From: Neodothiora populina
Lineage: Eukaryota
NCBI RefSeq assembly: GCF_041146345.1
Contig: NW_027191404.1
Coordinates: 2,356,001 to 2,420,000 of the forward strand
Reading direction: 5' to 3'
DNA length: 64,000 bases
The position numbers and the translations under genes were made by a program. This document shows positions 1 to 13,612 of this stretch, piece after piece (position 1 is the stretch's first letter; every line of letters starts with the position of its first letter). The notes under the pieces are model-generated. The model was not told the origin of the DNA and did no database searches. It worked only from the letters and a program-made list of their open reading frames with translations.

Positions 1-1047
1 GAGGGTTCGTCGTAGTTCCGCAGGTAGGTATGAGGAGAAGATGAAATTCAATGCTGTCCGTAGGCGCAAGAGACGTATGATCTCTTCAGGCGCAGACGCT
101 TCTCGAGCCCCAGGGTTCGCCTCGACCGAGGTTGCCTCTGTCAACACAGACACATTCGAGTCCTGGGTCTTGAGTGGCGGGGTAGTCGTGGATTCGGCTG
201 TGCTTTGACTGTCTAATACCGGCGTTGAAGAGTCATCGTTCTCGGGCTGCCAAGTTTGCATGCTTTCTTCTGTCAAGATAGCCATCATCGGTAGCTTCAG
301 GGGCTCTTGTACAAAATGTTCTTCCAGTGAAGCAGGCAGTCCGTTCGCTGCCATCCTGTTCGCCTTCTTCTGTAGCTCAGCCAGGAGCTTGTCATGAGAC
401 AAGCGATACATTTTCTCGTCACCGGCGTCTACGTTGTCGCATACCGCCTGTGCACGGCGCTTAAAGGTACGACGCAACAAGTCCGACCGGATCAGATGCC
501 TGAGGTGTTTCGAGTTCTCTGCTAGAGCATCGAGATGGTCGTCGATGGACAGGAACAATTGTCGCGTCTCTCCGGCCTTGGGGATCAGGGCTGGCAACAA
601 CACAAACAGAGGATCAAGGGGTGTTGCAACCAGCAGATTCGCGTCTTGAATCACATATCCCCTGGTCAAGTCGGATTCCGTGGCACCGGTGGTCGTATTT
701 GCAGGTGGATGTGTTGTGGCTACATCTTCGATCGCGTTGTCAGCGCCGTTTGAATGCTCTTCTGTCCTTGGAGGAGCCAGTAGCCAACTGCTGGGAGACT
801 GCTTGGGTGTGGCTATCTTCGTGAATTCATAGATGCCTTTCTCGGGACAAAAGAAGTATCTGGATGGTGTTCTGGCTGCAGAATTGGGAAGAGTGATGAT
901 GCGCGCATCGGGAGAAGTGTTGTCCGGCAGAATGAACAGTGTAGGCGGATTGGAAGTGGACGGCGCGAGGGTCTTGGATTGGTCTTGTGCTTCTTCTGCC
1001 ACTTTATCAGATTTGGTCGCTGCTGTTCTCGTTGTCCTCGTCTTCAT
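1..1047 (-). CDS. RNH202: Ribonuclease H2 subunit B (Ydr279p/Rnh202 family); 3' end runs off the window
   Basis: Manual translation from ATG 1047: MKTRTTRTAATKSDK...NPPTLFILPDNTSPDARIITLPN...PSRYFFCPEKGIYEFTKIATPKQSPSSWLL, matching the N-terminal pattern I recall for fungal RNase H2B. Absent from the ORF track, consistent with no stop before the window edge. Confidence 0.8.
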   Translation of the reverse strand, partial: MKTRTTRTAATKSDKVAEEAQDQSKTLAPSTSNPPTLFILPDNTSPDARIITLPNSAARTPSRYFFCPEKGIYEFTKIATPKQSPSSWLLAPPRTEEHSNGADNAIEDVATTHPPANTTTGATESDLTRGYVIQDANLLVATPLDPLFVLLPALIPKAGETRQLFLSIDDHLDALAENSKHLRHLIRSDLLRRTFKRRAQAVCDNVDAGDEKMYRLSHDKLLAELQKKANRMAANGLPASLEEHFVQEPLKLPMMAILTEESMQTWQPENDDSSTPVLDSQSTAESTTTPPLKTQDSNVSVLTEATSVEANPGAREASAPEEIIRLLRLRTALNFIFSSYLPAELRRTL

Positions 1048-1134
1048 ATTGAGTCAGCAGGTTTCTGGTCGGATAGTATAGTATAGCTGATATCAGTAAT
1101 CGACTGCTCGAACAAATCAATTACATTTCCCAAA

Positions 1135-1195
1135 GGCGCGATTTGGATACCGGGACGACGCGAAGAAACGCGCCAAGAAGCAGACAACAACGCGA
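1135..1195. promoter_or_regulatory. Cluster of MCB-like CGCG elements in the RNH202/MCM10 divergent promoter
   Basis: GGCGCG 1135-1140, ACGCGA 1158-1163, ACGCGC 1168-1173 and ACGCGA 1190-1195, within ~410 bp between two head-to-head DNA replication genes. Confidence 0.5.
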
Positions 1196-1458
1196 CAGAC
1201 TCGGCTAAACATTCCCCGAACGGCCGGGGTTTGTTGAGTTTCACAGGCGCATGCAGGGAGTGCAGAGTGCAAGGAGAGATGGAGTAAAGAGTGAGTACGA
1301 CCGTATGCATGAAATAGCTGTTCCTTCAGGTCCTTGTATAGTCTGTTCATTCGTGTTTATTCGCCTTATCCATGTGTCCTGTGTCGCAAGTCTGAGGCCA
1401 GGGAATGACCGAACCCGCCCATGACCAAGTGTATATACTGTAGAGACAGGCAATAATC

Positions 1459-4209
1459 ATGGTCATCGCAAGGGCATCTCCGAATGCCAAAGGTATGTAT
1501 GCATGCATCATTGTTACATTCAGTTAATTTATTCCCACCCGTGCTTCTCCGGATGGGGGCGCTTTTTCGTGGAACAATTGTCCTGACACATGACTCACAG
1601 TCTCGCCTGACAAGAACAATGCCAATTGGCCGCCAAAATCTCCGTATGAAGCTCTGCTAAGCTCTCCGAGTGGACGCAAGAGATGGGAAGAACACCACGA
1701 CAGGTTCTCCCGTCGAGATGCTTCGCCGTCCCCTCGTGGCAAACCAGTCACTACTTCAAGGGCATTGCAAGCTCTGCAGAACATGTCCGATGATGAGGAT
1801 GGTCGTAACAGAGCTGCCGATGACGATGAAGACGACAACGACGATGATGAGGACGAGGAGATGCTGCGTCTCAAGTTGCAGGCGATCGAGGCCAAGTTGA
1901 AGTTGAAGAAGTTACAAAACAAAAGAAAACAGTCCAGCGCATCCAATGATCACAATAACGATGTCTCATCTTCCTCGCTGCCTGCATCTCCAAGAAAGAG
2001 GATCAAGTTGTCTTCACTCGATGTCAGGCCGGGAGTTGAGATCCCCGTTTCGCCCGTCAAGGACCGCATGCCTCCTCCAGACCTGCCCAAACAACACACT
2101 TCCCCAGCTCGTGTCCTCCTGGGCATCGACAAAGGCCTCAAGGCCAAGGATGTTTCTCTGAAGCGCGCACGGCCAGGAGCACACTCAAGCACGTCTGGGG
2201 CCTTCACCGACGCGAAGCCAGCTCCGAGTTTCAGCGAACGTATTGCCGCAACTCGTCTGTCCAACGAGGAGCAGGAGGCCAAGCAAGACCGAATACAACA
2301 AGCCAGATCTAGAGGCTTTGCACTGCCTCATCCTCCTCTGTCGCGACCTTCGAGCAGTGCCACTTCAAGGGCCACTCCTCCGCCCTCTTCTTCCTCTTCT
2401 GATGCCCAGAGACCACCTTTGTTCCGCAAACCACTCTCCTTCTCTTCAGACGCCGGCTCAACCTTAGACAGTCCTTTTGTCACGAGAACACGAACCACTC
2501 CTGCCTCGGCCCTCCCGCCATCCAGTCGCTTTTCGCACATCGATGGTGACTCCGAAGGCAAGTCCACCGAGCCGTCCGAAGATGGGTCTGCTTTCGAGTC
2601 TTTCTCTGCCCTGCACCTCTCGCGTCGGACCATGCCTCATACCGATCTCGTCCGCGGACTGGACGGCAAAGAACTTTATACACTGCCTCGCCTGCTGAAA
2701 GAAGTCAAGGCACCACTTTACGACCCGCCAGACTGCGAGTCCGACTATGTCGTCCTTGCCATCATAGCCTCCAAGTCTTCCCCTTACACCACCAAAGCAA
2801 AGCACCAGACCACCTCCAATGCCGAGCCAGACCTCCAAGAGGAGATCAACCCGCGGAACAAATTCATGGTCTTGACCCTGACCGATCTCAAGTGGGAAGT
2901 TGATTTGTTTCTGTTCGACACCGCCTTTACGCGTTTCTGGAAACTGACGCCAGGCACTCTCGTTGCCATTCTCAACCCACTCATCATGCCTCCCAAGGCA
3001 AACCAGCACAATGGCCGCTTCAGCCTCAAGCTGGGGAGTTCGGACGACAGCATCCTCGAGATCGGCAACGCCCGTGATCTAGGCTTCTGTAAGAGTATCA
3101 AGAAGGATGGCAAAGAATGCGGGAGCTGGGTCAACAAGCGAAAATCGCAATTTTGTGAATACCACGTCGAACTCGCCGTCGAAAAGACTCGCAAGAGCAG
3201 AATGGAGGTTAATTCCATGTACCGTCCCACAGGCAACGCCTCGTTCAAGCCCAACAGCCGTCGTCCCGGTGAACATCCGTCCGGCTTGAGGAAAGACTAC
3301 GAGAGCGGAGGTCAGTTCTACATGGGCGGCAGAGGTGGACTTTCGGCAGCAAAACTACTCGACGCCGAAGATCTAGGCAAAGCCGAGGCCATGAGGAAAC
3401 GACTGAAAGCAAGAGAAAAAGAGCGTATCCTCGGAGAGAAATTAGGTAGATTAGGCAACGGCATGGGCGCAGAGTATCTCCAAGCCTCCTCTGCCGCCGC
3501 TTCTTCCTCAACCAACCCATCGGACAAGAACAAACCCCCCAAAACAACCACATCTACCACCAGCTCATCAGCAACAACAATAGACAGACCCAACGCCTAC
3601 GACCACGACCTCGACCCAGAAGCCCTAGGCCTCCTCTCCAAGAAAGCCGCAGACGTAGACCTATCTCGCCCGACACGACCGCGCAAACGTGCCTTCCAGC
3701 CCTCTTCGTCTCAATCGACCGTCGCCCCATCGCCGCGAATCCGGACAACAGGCGGCAGCACAGAAGCAATGGGCTGGGGCGGCGCGAATAGACGCTTAGG
3801 CTATGGTGCGCCTCCTCCTGTCCCTGCATCTCCCGAGAAGGGCCAGACGAATCTGCATTTCTCCGTTGCTGCTGCCGCAGACAGGTCAACACATGAAAAA
3901 CAACGACGACAGACGCAACAAGACCAACCCGCCTGCACCGCCATCGCCAGTAACACGCGAAGCAGCCGAAGCGCCAGCCCCCGCAAACGAGCGCGATTCG
4001 ACCTCGAAGGCAAAGGCGTGCGAGAGCCAGGCAGGGACAGTCTCGGCGGTGCTGTCGCTGTCGCTGCTGTAGCAGCCGCTAGTGCAAAGGACAACAACAA
4101 CAACAACAACACCGACTTCGCGGCAGCGGACGTCAGGAGAGATGCAAAAGGCAGAGTCATCGTGACGCAGGCGCCCGATAGCAGTGATGATGATTTGGAT
4201 ATCTTTTGA
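1459..4209 (+). CDS. MCM10: DNA replication factor Mcm10 (exons 1459-1492, 1601-4209)
   Basis: WPPKSPYEALLSSPSGR N-terminal motif, OB-fold region (FMVLTLTDLKWEVDLFLF) and CCCH zinc finger (C-KSIKKDGKE-C...FCEYH). Intron 1493-1600 (GTATGT..CAG) joins in frame. Confidence 0.9.
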
Positions 4210-5011
4210 GCTTAGCTGTTTCTTGTTTCTCTTTTTCTCTTTTTTTTCTCTGAGTCGATCGCAGTGCCGACAGACACTTTTTCTTCTTCTAGCCCCCCCC
4301 CCCCTTTCTTGGGCTCGGAGTTTGGTACTTACTCTTCTGTCGCTCGGCAGAGCAAGAACAGAAGCCCTGTTCGAAACTAGGTAGGTAGCGCTTGACGGGT
4401 TCGTCTAGCTAGTACCTCTTTTCATGAAAGTCTTTCTTTTACCTGAGGAAGAGGAAGGAAACGGGGGATGATAGGACCAGCACTGTATCCTTTACCTTTT
4501 GTGTATTTTTACTTACATTAGTACACACGTTTTGTATAATTATCAAGAGCATCATGAGATAACTTCCGAATGACATTGGTCGATAACCCAATCTCTTGTT
4601 ATGATTTACCTTTGCGCAACCATCTGAGACAGGCACACACATCTGGTGTCGTGTATGGGAAAAAGGCCACGTAATTCTGATCTGATTGTGATTTTCTGTA
4701 TTCCTTCTCGCTTCTACTGAGGGGGTTGTAATACATGTGCCTTCGAGGACTCGTTAACTTCGGTTCGACATAAAATCTCCTGTCTGTCGGTCTGAAGCTT
4801 GTTCGCTACCTATCTGGCAAACCATTCTCATAGCCATCTTCAAGCCTCTCCAGAGGAACAGATGGAATATAGAGCAGCCTTGACTACTCAAAGGTGCTAG
4901 CGGTGCGAAAGGAAATGTAAAGAAAAAGGGAAAACCTCGTCTTGAAGCCAGATTGGATGGACAAGGGGAGGCATGAGCTACGACGAACCGCCATGATCTC
5001 GCCAGCAGCCA

Positions 5012-7264
5012 TCAGAGCTCCCATCGATGAACCTCGATAAGACACTCGGTACATTTGAGGATCAAGAAACGAGAATTGACATCTTCAGTGACGCCGCGGA
5101 AGGAAACTGGAAAGGGAGCGCAGCACTCCATGTTGTTGCAGCTGCGAATATCCAGAGACACATCCTTCAACGCGTCGAGGATGACGCGGGACTTGTGCGG
5201 AATATTGTGTGCCTGCAGGGGTGGGGGCCCGCCGCGGTTGTTACGGACTGGCTGATCGGATCCAGCATTGCGAGTTGGGACGGGCCAATTTCCTGCTCCC
5301 ATGTTGCCGTCGTATACAGGAGGACGGGTCGCGAAAGCTGGGGAAGGGCGTTGAGGGGTCAGGTTGCGAGCGACGGCGGTGTTCGACTGGTTCTGGCCCG
5401 TCTGTTGACTGCTTCCGAGAGTCTCAGGCTTCTTCATCTCTCTGTGCAACCGGGCGTTTTCGGCTGTAAGTCTGCGAATTTCATCATGTAGCTTCGCAAT
5501 GCGATGAGGCGAGACGCTTGCTACATTGATCGAAGCTTTGTCTGCTTCGGCCCTCAAAGGATTGGGGATCGCGTCCCCAGCATTCACCCTGATTATGGTA
5601 TTTTCGGCGTCAGTGGTAGTGACTGGTGTGGGCTTAGGTCCACCCACGGATGGAGACATCAGTCCTGATGTGATAGAGGCTGCCGACGACAATGGGCTCA
5701 TGGGGTCAGATGAGGTCTTTCCGGCTGCGTACCGACCCTTTTCATGGTCTCTAACGACCTTTTGGAGGAACGTCTCTGGACCTCCGTGAGAGACCTTGAC
5801 GCTGTCTGTAGCGGTACGTCTGTTAGCTACAGCAAGCTGAGCAGTCATCTTTGTGACTTTCTCCTGAAGGTTCTCAGATAGAGCCTTCCGGTCTGTACTG
5901 CCAGTTGCCTTGCCCGGGCCTACAAGATCCTGACTGTAGTTCCGAGAGTGGATTCTTCGCTGGGCCTGCTCGAAAATCTGTGTCTGACATCTCCGCTCGG
6001 TCTCTTCGATAGCCTTCTTGACAGAAAACTTAAGAGTCTCTTCCACACATGCGGCAGCTTGTTCACAGTTCCGTCTATACACCTTCTCGGCCGCACTTGT
6101 CTCTTCTTGACGACGAAGACGCTGGTCCTCAATGTACTTTTTGAGAGAAACCACTTCAGACGCAGCTCTCTCTTGGGCGGCGGTAGCAGGAGTCGATTTC
6201 ACAGCCGCACCTTCATTCTGCTTCATCACATTGATCTGACTCTTCAGATCTCTGACTTCCTTCTCGAGAGCCAACTTCCTGGTGTTTGCCGCAGCAAACC
6301 TGACCAAGAGGCGATGTTTCTCAAGACTTGCCTCGCCAAGGGGAATAGGATCTTCTGTCATGGGAGGAACGTTCACGTGCTTGGCTCTGAACTCAGCCGA
6401 GAGCGGTTCTGGGTCGTAGATTTCAACGACTGCATGGAGAAGCATGACAGTAAAGTCGGGAAATTCTTGCAGCAAAGCAGTGAAATCGTCAGCGAGTAAG
6501 AGCTCTACGATGTTCAGAGCGCACTCATGGGCAATCAGACGACAACCATCGTCAGTAAGCAGTCTTGGTCTAGTGGTCTTGATCGCAATACGCAGGAATT
6601 CGTAGAAGCCAAATGCTCGAGTACAGGCGTACAGGTGATGACTGAATTGAGTGATTGCGAAAGTTCTCAGGTTTGGGATCTTAAAGCTCGCGGCAGCCTT
6701 AAGCAGACGATGGTGGGTGAAGAGCGCCCTGAACTTCTCATTCGGAATGTCTTCTGGGCACTCAAGTTGAACCTTGTCGAGCCATTCGAGGCCGTTGCTG
6801 GAGTCACCATCAAGGCTCACGCCAAATTCATCTTTGTCGCCGAAGATGAGGTAAAGACTATCATTCTGTTTGCCAGGAGGAACATAACGCGATAACATCT
6901 CATCGGTCATCTTGTAGACGTAGATGTAATGATCCTCAACGGCAAAGGGCATGTTGTAGCAAAAGTGAACGATGCGATGAGTCGTTGCTATGTCGATGTC
7001 GTCCGAAATGCGTAATACCCGTGTCTCCTGGTCCTATAGCTGAGGTTAGTGAACGAAGCTTCCAGGCCTTCAAAAAGGGTAAGAACCTACCTCGGACTCA
7101 TCGTCGATCGAGCCTGCCATATGAGGTGATAATTCCTCGATCATGACTGTATGTCCCCTCCACACGAAATTACCATTGACAATCATGAGATCACAGTAGC
7201 GATCTAACATGGAAGGAGTGCCTGGACCTCGGTCCGGCAAGATCCTTGGCTGTACGCTTGACAT
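5012..7264 (-). CDS. BTB/POZ-like domain protein with coiled coil and C-terminal Cys motif (exons 7264-7091, 7033-5012)
   Basis: Spliced N-terminus DRYCDLMIVNGNFVWRGHTVMIEELSPHM...RVLRISDDIDIATTHRIVHFCY resembles a BTB fold. Intron 7090-7034 (GTAGGT..ACTAAC..TAG) is phase 0 and in frame with the 646-aa ORF. Confidence 0.6.
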
Positions 7265-8417
7265 CTTGAGGGATCCTAATGAGGGTTGGTATTCTGCGAA
7301 AGAACGCAAAGTATTGAGAAAGCGACGTGTTTTATCCCTTTGCTACAGCTTCAGTAAAGGTAAGAGCAGACTATCATATGCCCATGACAGCCGTGTCACT
7401 TACCAATGTGCTTCACCGACGTATCAAAAAGCCGACTCGCTTCTGCTCAAGAAAGTCTTGAAGCAAACGTTATCACTTTGATGTGAGTGTGCGGATCGAT
7501 CAACAAACAGACAGACGTAGTGAAGCAAAGCGAAGTGGGAGACGTGCGAAGTGAAGTTTATCAAAACAACAGACGTGAGAATTTTTTCAGGCAACGACAC
7601 GCCCTCCATCCTCGGCGGCGATGTTGCAGTAGTCATAAAAGACCCATCTGTATTCTCCCTCATATACTGAACAGATTAGCCTTGACACATGAGTTGATGC
7701 TTGCCCCCTAAAGATCATGTGATGACGTAGAGTCACCTCTTACTCATACAAAATCGCCTCATGAAGTGAGGCGTTCGTCGAGTCCATGAGACATGTCTTC
7801 ATTGCACCGCCTGTCTCTTCCCATACACCACACGGTGTGACAATCACTCAACACCTTTGTCGTGCCTAAGCCTTGAGCACCAGATCAAGGGTATCTCGTG
7901 CCCCATGGCAGAGTTATTCCATGTGAAAGATGAGGCCAGCCTCAAGAACAGTATCATTATTGTGACACAGATGTCTATACGAGGTCAGTAAGGGAGTGAC
8001 TGTTGGATGTGAGAGAATTACCGGTCTGTGACAATGACGGCTACTGTCATCATTTGACTGCAGTGGACTTTCAGCACCGCTGCGGCCGACTTGGTAGACT
8101 CAGTGATATATCATCACCCTGTCCATCACATGTCAGGTTGAGTTGACAGAAGTGTCGTGTGCTGGGTGAATATGAACACTAGTCATGCGTCTCTTACAAT
8201 GCCACGTCACTGAGGCTGGGATGAAGGGGGTTTAATACATCCTCTATAGCTCCTAACATCTATCCTTGATTGCTTCTGGTCGGCTTATGTTAGGTAGCGA
8301 ATCATTCGGTGGCGGGTCTATAAAAGCCAAGGTGTCCATGGCTTATCCTGTTCAAGTAGACTCAGTCAAAGTCAACTTAACGACCTGACAGCACATATTG
8401 TGTTGCTCCACAGTGCT

Positions 8418-11400
8418 CTAAATGCTTGCCCTACGTGGCGCCATCGTCCGCCGTAGGTTCTTCTTCTCTTCGGTCTCCTCCATGACGGGGAGGATACCCT
8501 TTTCCCTCAGTTCGTTCAAAAACTCTTTACCATATTTATAGCCGACATCGTAGATCTCGTCGAACTTTCCGAACTCCAGGGTACCGTAGGGGTCGATTGG
8601 TGGACGCATATATCTGCAGCCGGGTGTGACTTTGGCTCTCTCGAGAGCATCGACGCTTGACACATAGGCTAAGCGCGCCTGAATCTCGGATAGAGTCGGT
8701 GGATTGGGGAAGGCAGAGAATGGGTTCCAGCGATTGACAGAAGCCCAGAAGCCCGAGAGTGAGTCTCCGTATTCTTGAGGAACGTCGTCATCGATAGCAC
8801 CCACGTCTACGGCAAAGATGACGTCCGCTCCGAGAGACTTCATATGCGCAACCGTGAGATTGTCAATGTAACCGCCGTCCAGGAGCATGTTTCCTTCGTC
8901 GCAAAGTGGTGGGATCAGACCTGCCAGAGACATGGACGCACGGACATAGCGCCAGACGTATCCACTGGAATGTATCTCAGATCTACTTTTGCTGATATTG
9001 GTGGTGTTGCAATAGAATTCAAGCCAGAAGTCCTCGATTTGCGAGTCGCCGAATGTCTTGAAAATGCCTCTGTTGAATTCGTGGCCAGTAGTATAGGAAG
9101 CCCTGTTCAGTTAGTATTTCTTTGACCCTGCTCATGATATAGATAGACTTACGAAGGATATGTGAGGTCGAGGGCGAACCTCCACATACTACCCATGCGC
9201 CCTGCGAATTTCTTTGCTCGGCCATACATAGGAACAACATCTGCATCCCATGCGTATAGGGCACCAATAAAAGATCCAATCGAAGTACCACCAACAATGT
9301 CAATCGGAATGCCAGCTTCTTCCAGGGCTCGGATGATGCCTACGTGGGCTATGCCTCTCGCTCCACCTCCACCAAGGACAAGGCCAACTGACCTACCACA
9401 AAGCCTACGAGCAAGGCGGTGGAAGTCGCCCTTGAAAGGAGTCTCTGCAGAATACAAGGGCGTTTGCCGGACTTTTCGAGATGTGTATTTCTGAATTTCT
9501 GCTTGCAGGACTTGCACTCTTTGCTTGAGTGCAGTGCCAAAACGCCTTACTTGTGGATGCACAGGTTCAGCAGTACTGCGGAACGACATCTGGATATGGT
9601 GATGACTACCATTGATCCACACTCGATTACGTAGCCATTTCCGTGTCAGTCCAGGCGGACAGTATCTTTCAGCATGGAGCAAAACAAGTTCTTTTCTCGC
9701 AGTCGTTTTCGTCGTGAGCAGAAAGCGCTCATATTCGCCGATCCCAGGGGAGCCTTCCGCCAGACCCACCAACAGGATACAATCTGCCTGGCTGACACAA
9801 GTTGCTGTCCACGGTGACTTGACATTAGTGTCAGCCACATATAGGACCATGCCATATTTCTCTTCGAGGTCTGCTAAGTATTGAGACAGCTTCAATTTCC
9901 CCATTCGGCTGAAGGCATGGCGACCGAGATGATTCAAGATAGCTGCTTGGTTTAACGAGGTGACCCCGTTAGTTGTGCCAAGCTGACTGAGCGCGTTGAG
10001 CAAGCGATTACCAAACTCCACCACTGGCACGCCACCAGTGACTGGAAGGATAGCAATAGTCCTCAGATTTGTCGTCGAAGACACCTTCTGACGGGTTGCT
10101 AAGCGGCCATGTTCTCTGCCATTCTCATGGTTGGGGTCCTCAATCAACGCACGCATTCGTGTCGCGATGATTTTGGAGATCTTGATTGTGATTCCGGGAT
10201 GCTCCAGGGCCAGACTGTTGAAGAGTGTCTTGGGAAATTTGGCAAGCTCAGTCTCTCGGATGGCAAGCAGACTGCCAGGTCGTGTAGACTCTGTTAGTAC
10301 CTCAAGCTCTCCCACACTATCTCCTTGGCCGTACTCGTCGATCACTCGCACCTTGCCATCGTCCCCTTCTTGTATGGCGCGTAGACGACCGTTGAGCACA
10401 ATGTAGATAGCATCACTCTCATCTTTCTGGTTGTAGATGACCTGTCCGGCATTGACTTGCACCCATTCGAGAGCAAAGTCAATATGGAGGATAAGCCTTG
10501 GCAAGAGATTTGTCAATCTCTTTGCAAGCGTGAGCAGGACGATGGGGAACTTTTCGGTAATCTTCTCGACCACTTTCCTGGGGAGAAAGCCGACGTAGAC
10601 GTCAGTCTTTGCTGTCACCTCGATGAAGGACCGGTATGATGAGACGGTACCAAGGTAGCCGGCAAGTCCGCCAGGCTTCGTGATGAAGAGAGACTTCGAT
10701 CTGGACTTCCGCTTCTTACCCTCCGGATTCTGGTGACCACCATTCGGCTTCTCGAATAGATTTGGACGTGAATCGTCAGAAGCGCCAAGTCCATCTAGCA
10801 CGCTGTGGTCCGTCTCCGACTCATCCATAGAGACACCGACGTCCAGAAAACCATCAATGACATAGTACAGGCCCGGATTTCTTTCGCCTTGCTCCACCAG
10901 CACCGATCCTTTAGGGAAGAAGACGATTTCCACCTCGTCTTTGATGTCCTCGAGGTAGCTTGCATTGCCACCAGCATTGCTGATACCGGATGCCGAAGTC
11001 ATGGACTCAGTATCGCCATCTGCAGAAGGATCAAAGCTGTCCATAAAGCCAAATGCATTATTGAAGATGGCCTTCTGTCGCTTTGAATCGTAAGACACAA
11101 GCCGCGGTGATTGAGGCACTGAATCGGTCTTTCCAAAGTTCGCTTTCTCGTTGGTCAGACCAATCGCTCGATACATACAGTCGATGATTGATTCGCGAAA
11201 CATGGAGTCTTCATCGACGGATTCTTGTCGATGTAATTGGGATATGCTTGCATCGAAGGGGTTGAAATTCCTTCTGGCAAGTGGACTGCTCATGTCTCGT
11301 TCAAGTGGCTTCGGGGTTTGGAAAGGTTGTGAAAAGCTCTCACGACCTCTCCTACCGCCGCTTCGAGCCATTTGCGTATTTGTCAAAAGATCACCTGCGC

Positions 11401-13035
11401 TCATTCCGCTCCTGTCGCCTTGTGAGAATTGAGAGGAATCTGTCCGTCGGAGCGGATTCACGGAGTCCTGATTGAATGGTACACCTCGTGGAGTGCGAGG
11501 CGTCGATGTCTGACGCATTGTTGCTGCTTTCCTCAGGCCGTTACCCGACTTCCGGGCTTGGCCTGCATGAGGATTGTGCAAGGCGATGCCTTTGTTGAGC
11601 TCTTCCGGGCCTGTACGCTCTTGTTCCTGGCAATCTGTCAGTATGGTTTCCCATGTCGACGGGTTCGTCACAAGTGGCTTACCTTTCGAAACTTGTCTTT
11701 GAGGCGCTGTAAGGCGTCGCCGCGCAGAAAGTCTGGAAGATCGAAAGAAGTGTATTTGTCCATCAATCGTTCTGTACGGAGTACCTCACTGGTGAGACCA
11801 AGGTAAGTATGACCCGTGGCAAGAGTGACACGCTGGAGCCGCGTCAATATTACTTGGACAATGTGCGCAGTTGCTTTGGGATACAGTCTCGTGAGGCGCT
11901 GGAAGGCGGTGGCCGGAATAATAGCAATGGTGGTGTCAACAGAGGCTCTAGCAACGATATCTGGATGCGCAGAAGCGTTCTTTACGGATTGCTCCTGCTG
12001 CCTCTGCTGCTTGTCGTTCCGATATTGGCTCGATCGTCCGTTGGTATTTGGGTCCAAAGCGAATGGTGGCACAGCCTGACGACCCGGTACGCTCGTAGAG
12101 GAGCTCACCCGAGTCAGGGGTCGCAAAGGGGACATAAGCTCCGGGCTGAGGATGCCTGATCCAGGGGTGGCCACACCGCTTTGTGGCTCGCTGGGGAAGG
12201 CCGCACCAGATGGGAGATCGTCCTTTTCGTCATGTCTCAACTTGACATCCTCGGTGAACAGAGACAGAATGGAAAACAGCGAAGACATTGGAGCACCATT
12301 TCTGACCTCGGTCAGAAGCGAATATCCCTGGTTCCCGTGTACTCTGCCACCACTTTCTTCGTCAGAGTCGAAGGGGTAGTATTCTTCAGGCTCGTCGTCT
12401 CCGCTCGCAGCATCGTCTTCGCTGGACCTGTTAGACTTGACAAAGATCTGCACCAGACCATCGACAACGAGACAGAAGCCCTTTTCGTCATCCAGCAGCA
12501 AAGTTTCTCCAGCGATCAGCTTTCTGGTCTGCATTGTGCGGGTCAATTCATGGAAGACGGAACGCTCGAGGTAGCCGAAGACCTTGATGGCGCTGAGAAA
12601 TTCGTCAAGGTAGTTTGCCAGACCTGGCTTGGAGTCTGACTCCTGGGTGTCGGGAAAGACCTCGACCTGTGGCTCCTTACGCTGAGGCTCCGGAGGCAGA
12701 CGACTGTACAAATTCATGAATCTGTATCTCACTATCCAGCTGATAGTGGAGACGAAAAAGACGAGGATCAGGAGCAGAGTGGTCATGTTCACGGTCAGGG
12801 TCAGACTGGTGGACAGCAAAGTGAACATCCATGTCGGCAAGGTAATGGTGGTGAAGGTGATGATCCAATACAGAACGCTGGGCAGGATGGTAACGAGTGC
12901 TATCAATAGTCCCACCATTGTTGATCTGCCTGGATCGCTCTGGGAGACAGACGAAGCGATGGCAGATGTGTTCACAGAGGCAGCACTACTTCGCGCCACA
13001 TCCTGTAGGGCACCCGTGACATTCTTGGCCGCCAT
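8418..13035 (-). CDS. NTE1: Lysophospholipase NTE1 (cNMP-binding plus patatin domains); introns 11682-11627 and 9152-9103; alternative start at 13155
   Basis: N-terminal TM segments, cNMP-binding repeats, and patatin motifs GGGGARG, GTSIG and DGG. Both introns have GTAAG..CTRAC..CAG and restore the frame. Confidence 0.95.
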
Positions 13036-13612
13036 TGTCGAGGATGTACCTGTACCACCAAATCTGCCAGAGGTTCGCCGGGGCAGTTCTGGCTTTCTGT
13101 TTGGCTGGAAGCGACCCGGATAAAAGATACGCTCAAGGTACCATCCTAGGGACATGTGGCAGATGAGGGAGGAGGAGAGAGAGGGTGGCGATCAATGGAA
13201 CACTACCCTGAGCTGTTGCATATTATAGTAGTGTAAGTAGCCGAGCGAATCTGAGTCGATCTGCTGTAGGATGCATTTGCTTATAGAGGCACGGGGGGTG
13301 TGCGTGCATGGATGCATGGATGCAAGGATACTGAGATCTGGCCAATACATAATCCTGCACGAGTCATTCACGAAGATCTGCACAAAGATGCATAACAATG
13401 CAAACAGTGCTGCGTTTGCTCCAATCTCCATCTCCATCTCCATCATAATATCAAGCCTGACAATTTACTTCCACTGACCAGCTGCAATCGAGACGAAGAG
13501 TGGCTCTCGTCGCATTCAACATTGACCACGACTCTGTCTCCTCGCGCATACATACACGATCGCTCTGTACATGTCCTGTTTTTAGAGCTGCCTGTCTCTC
13601 ACCTCCCCCGTC

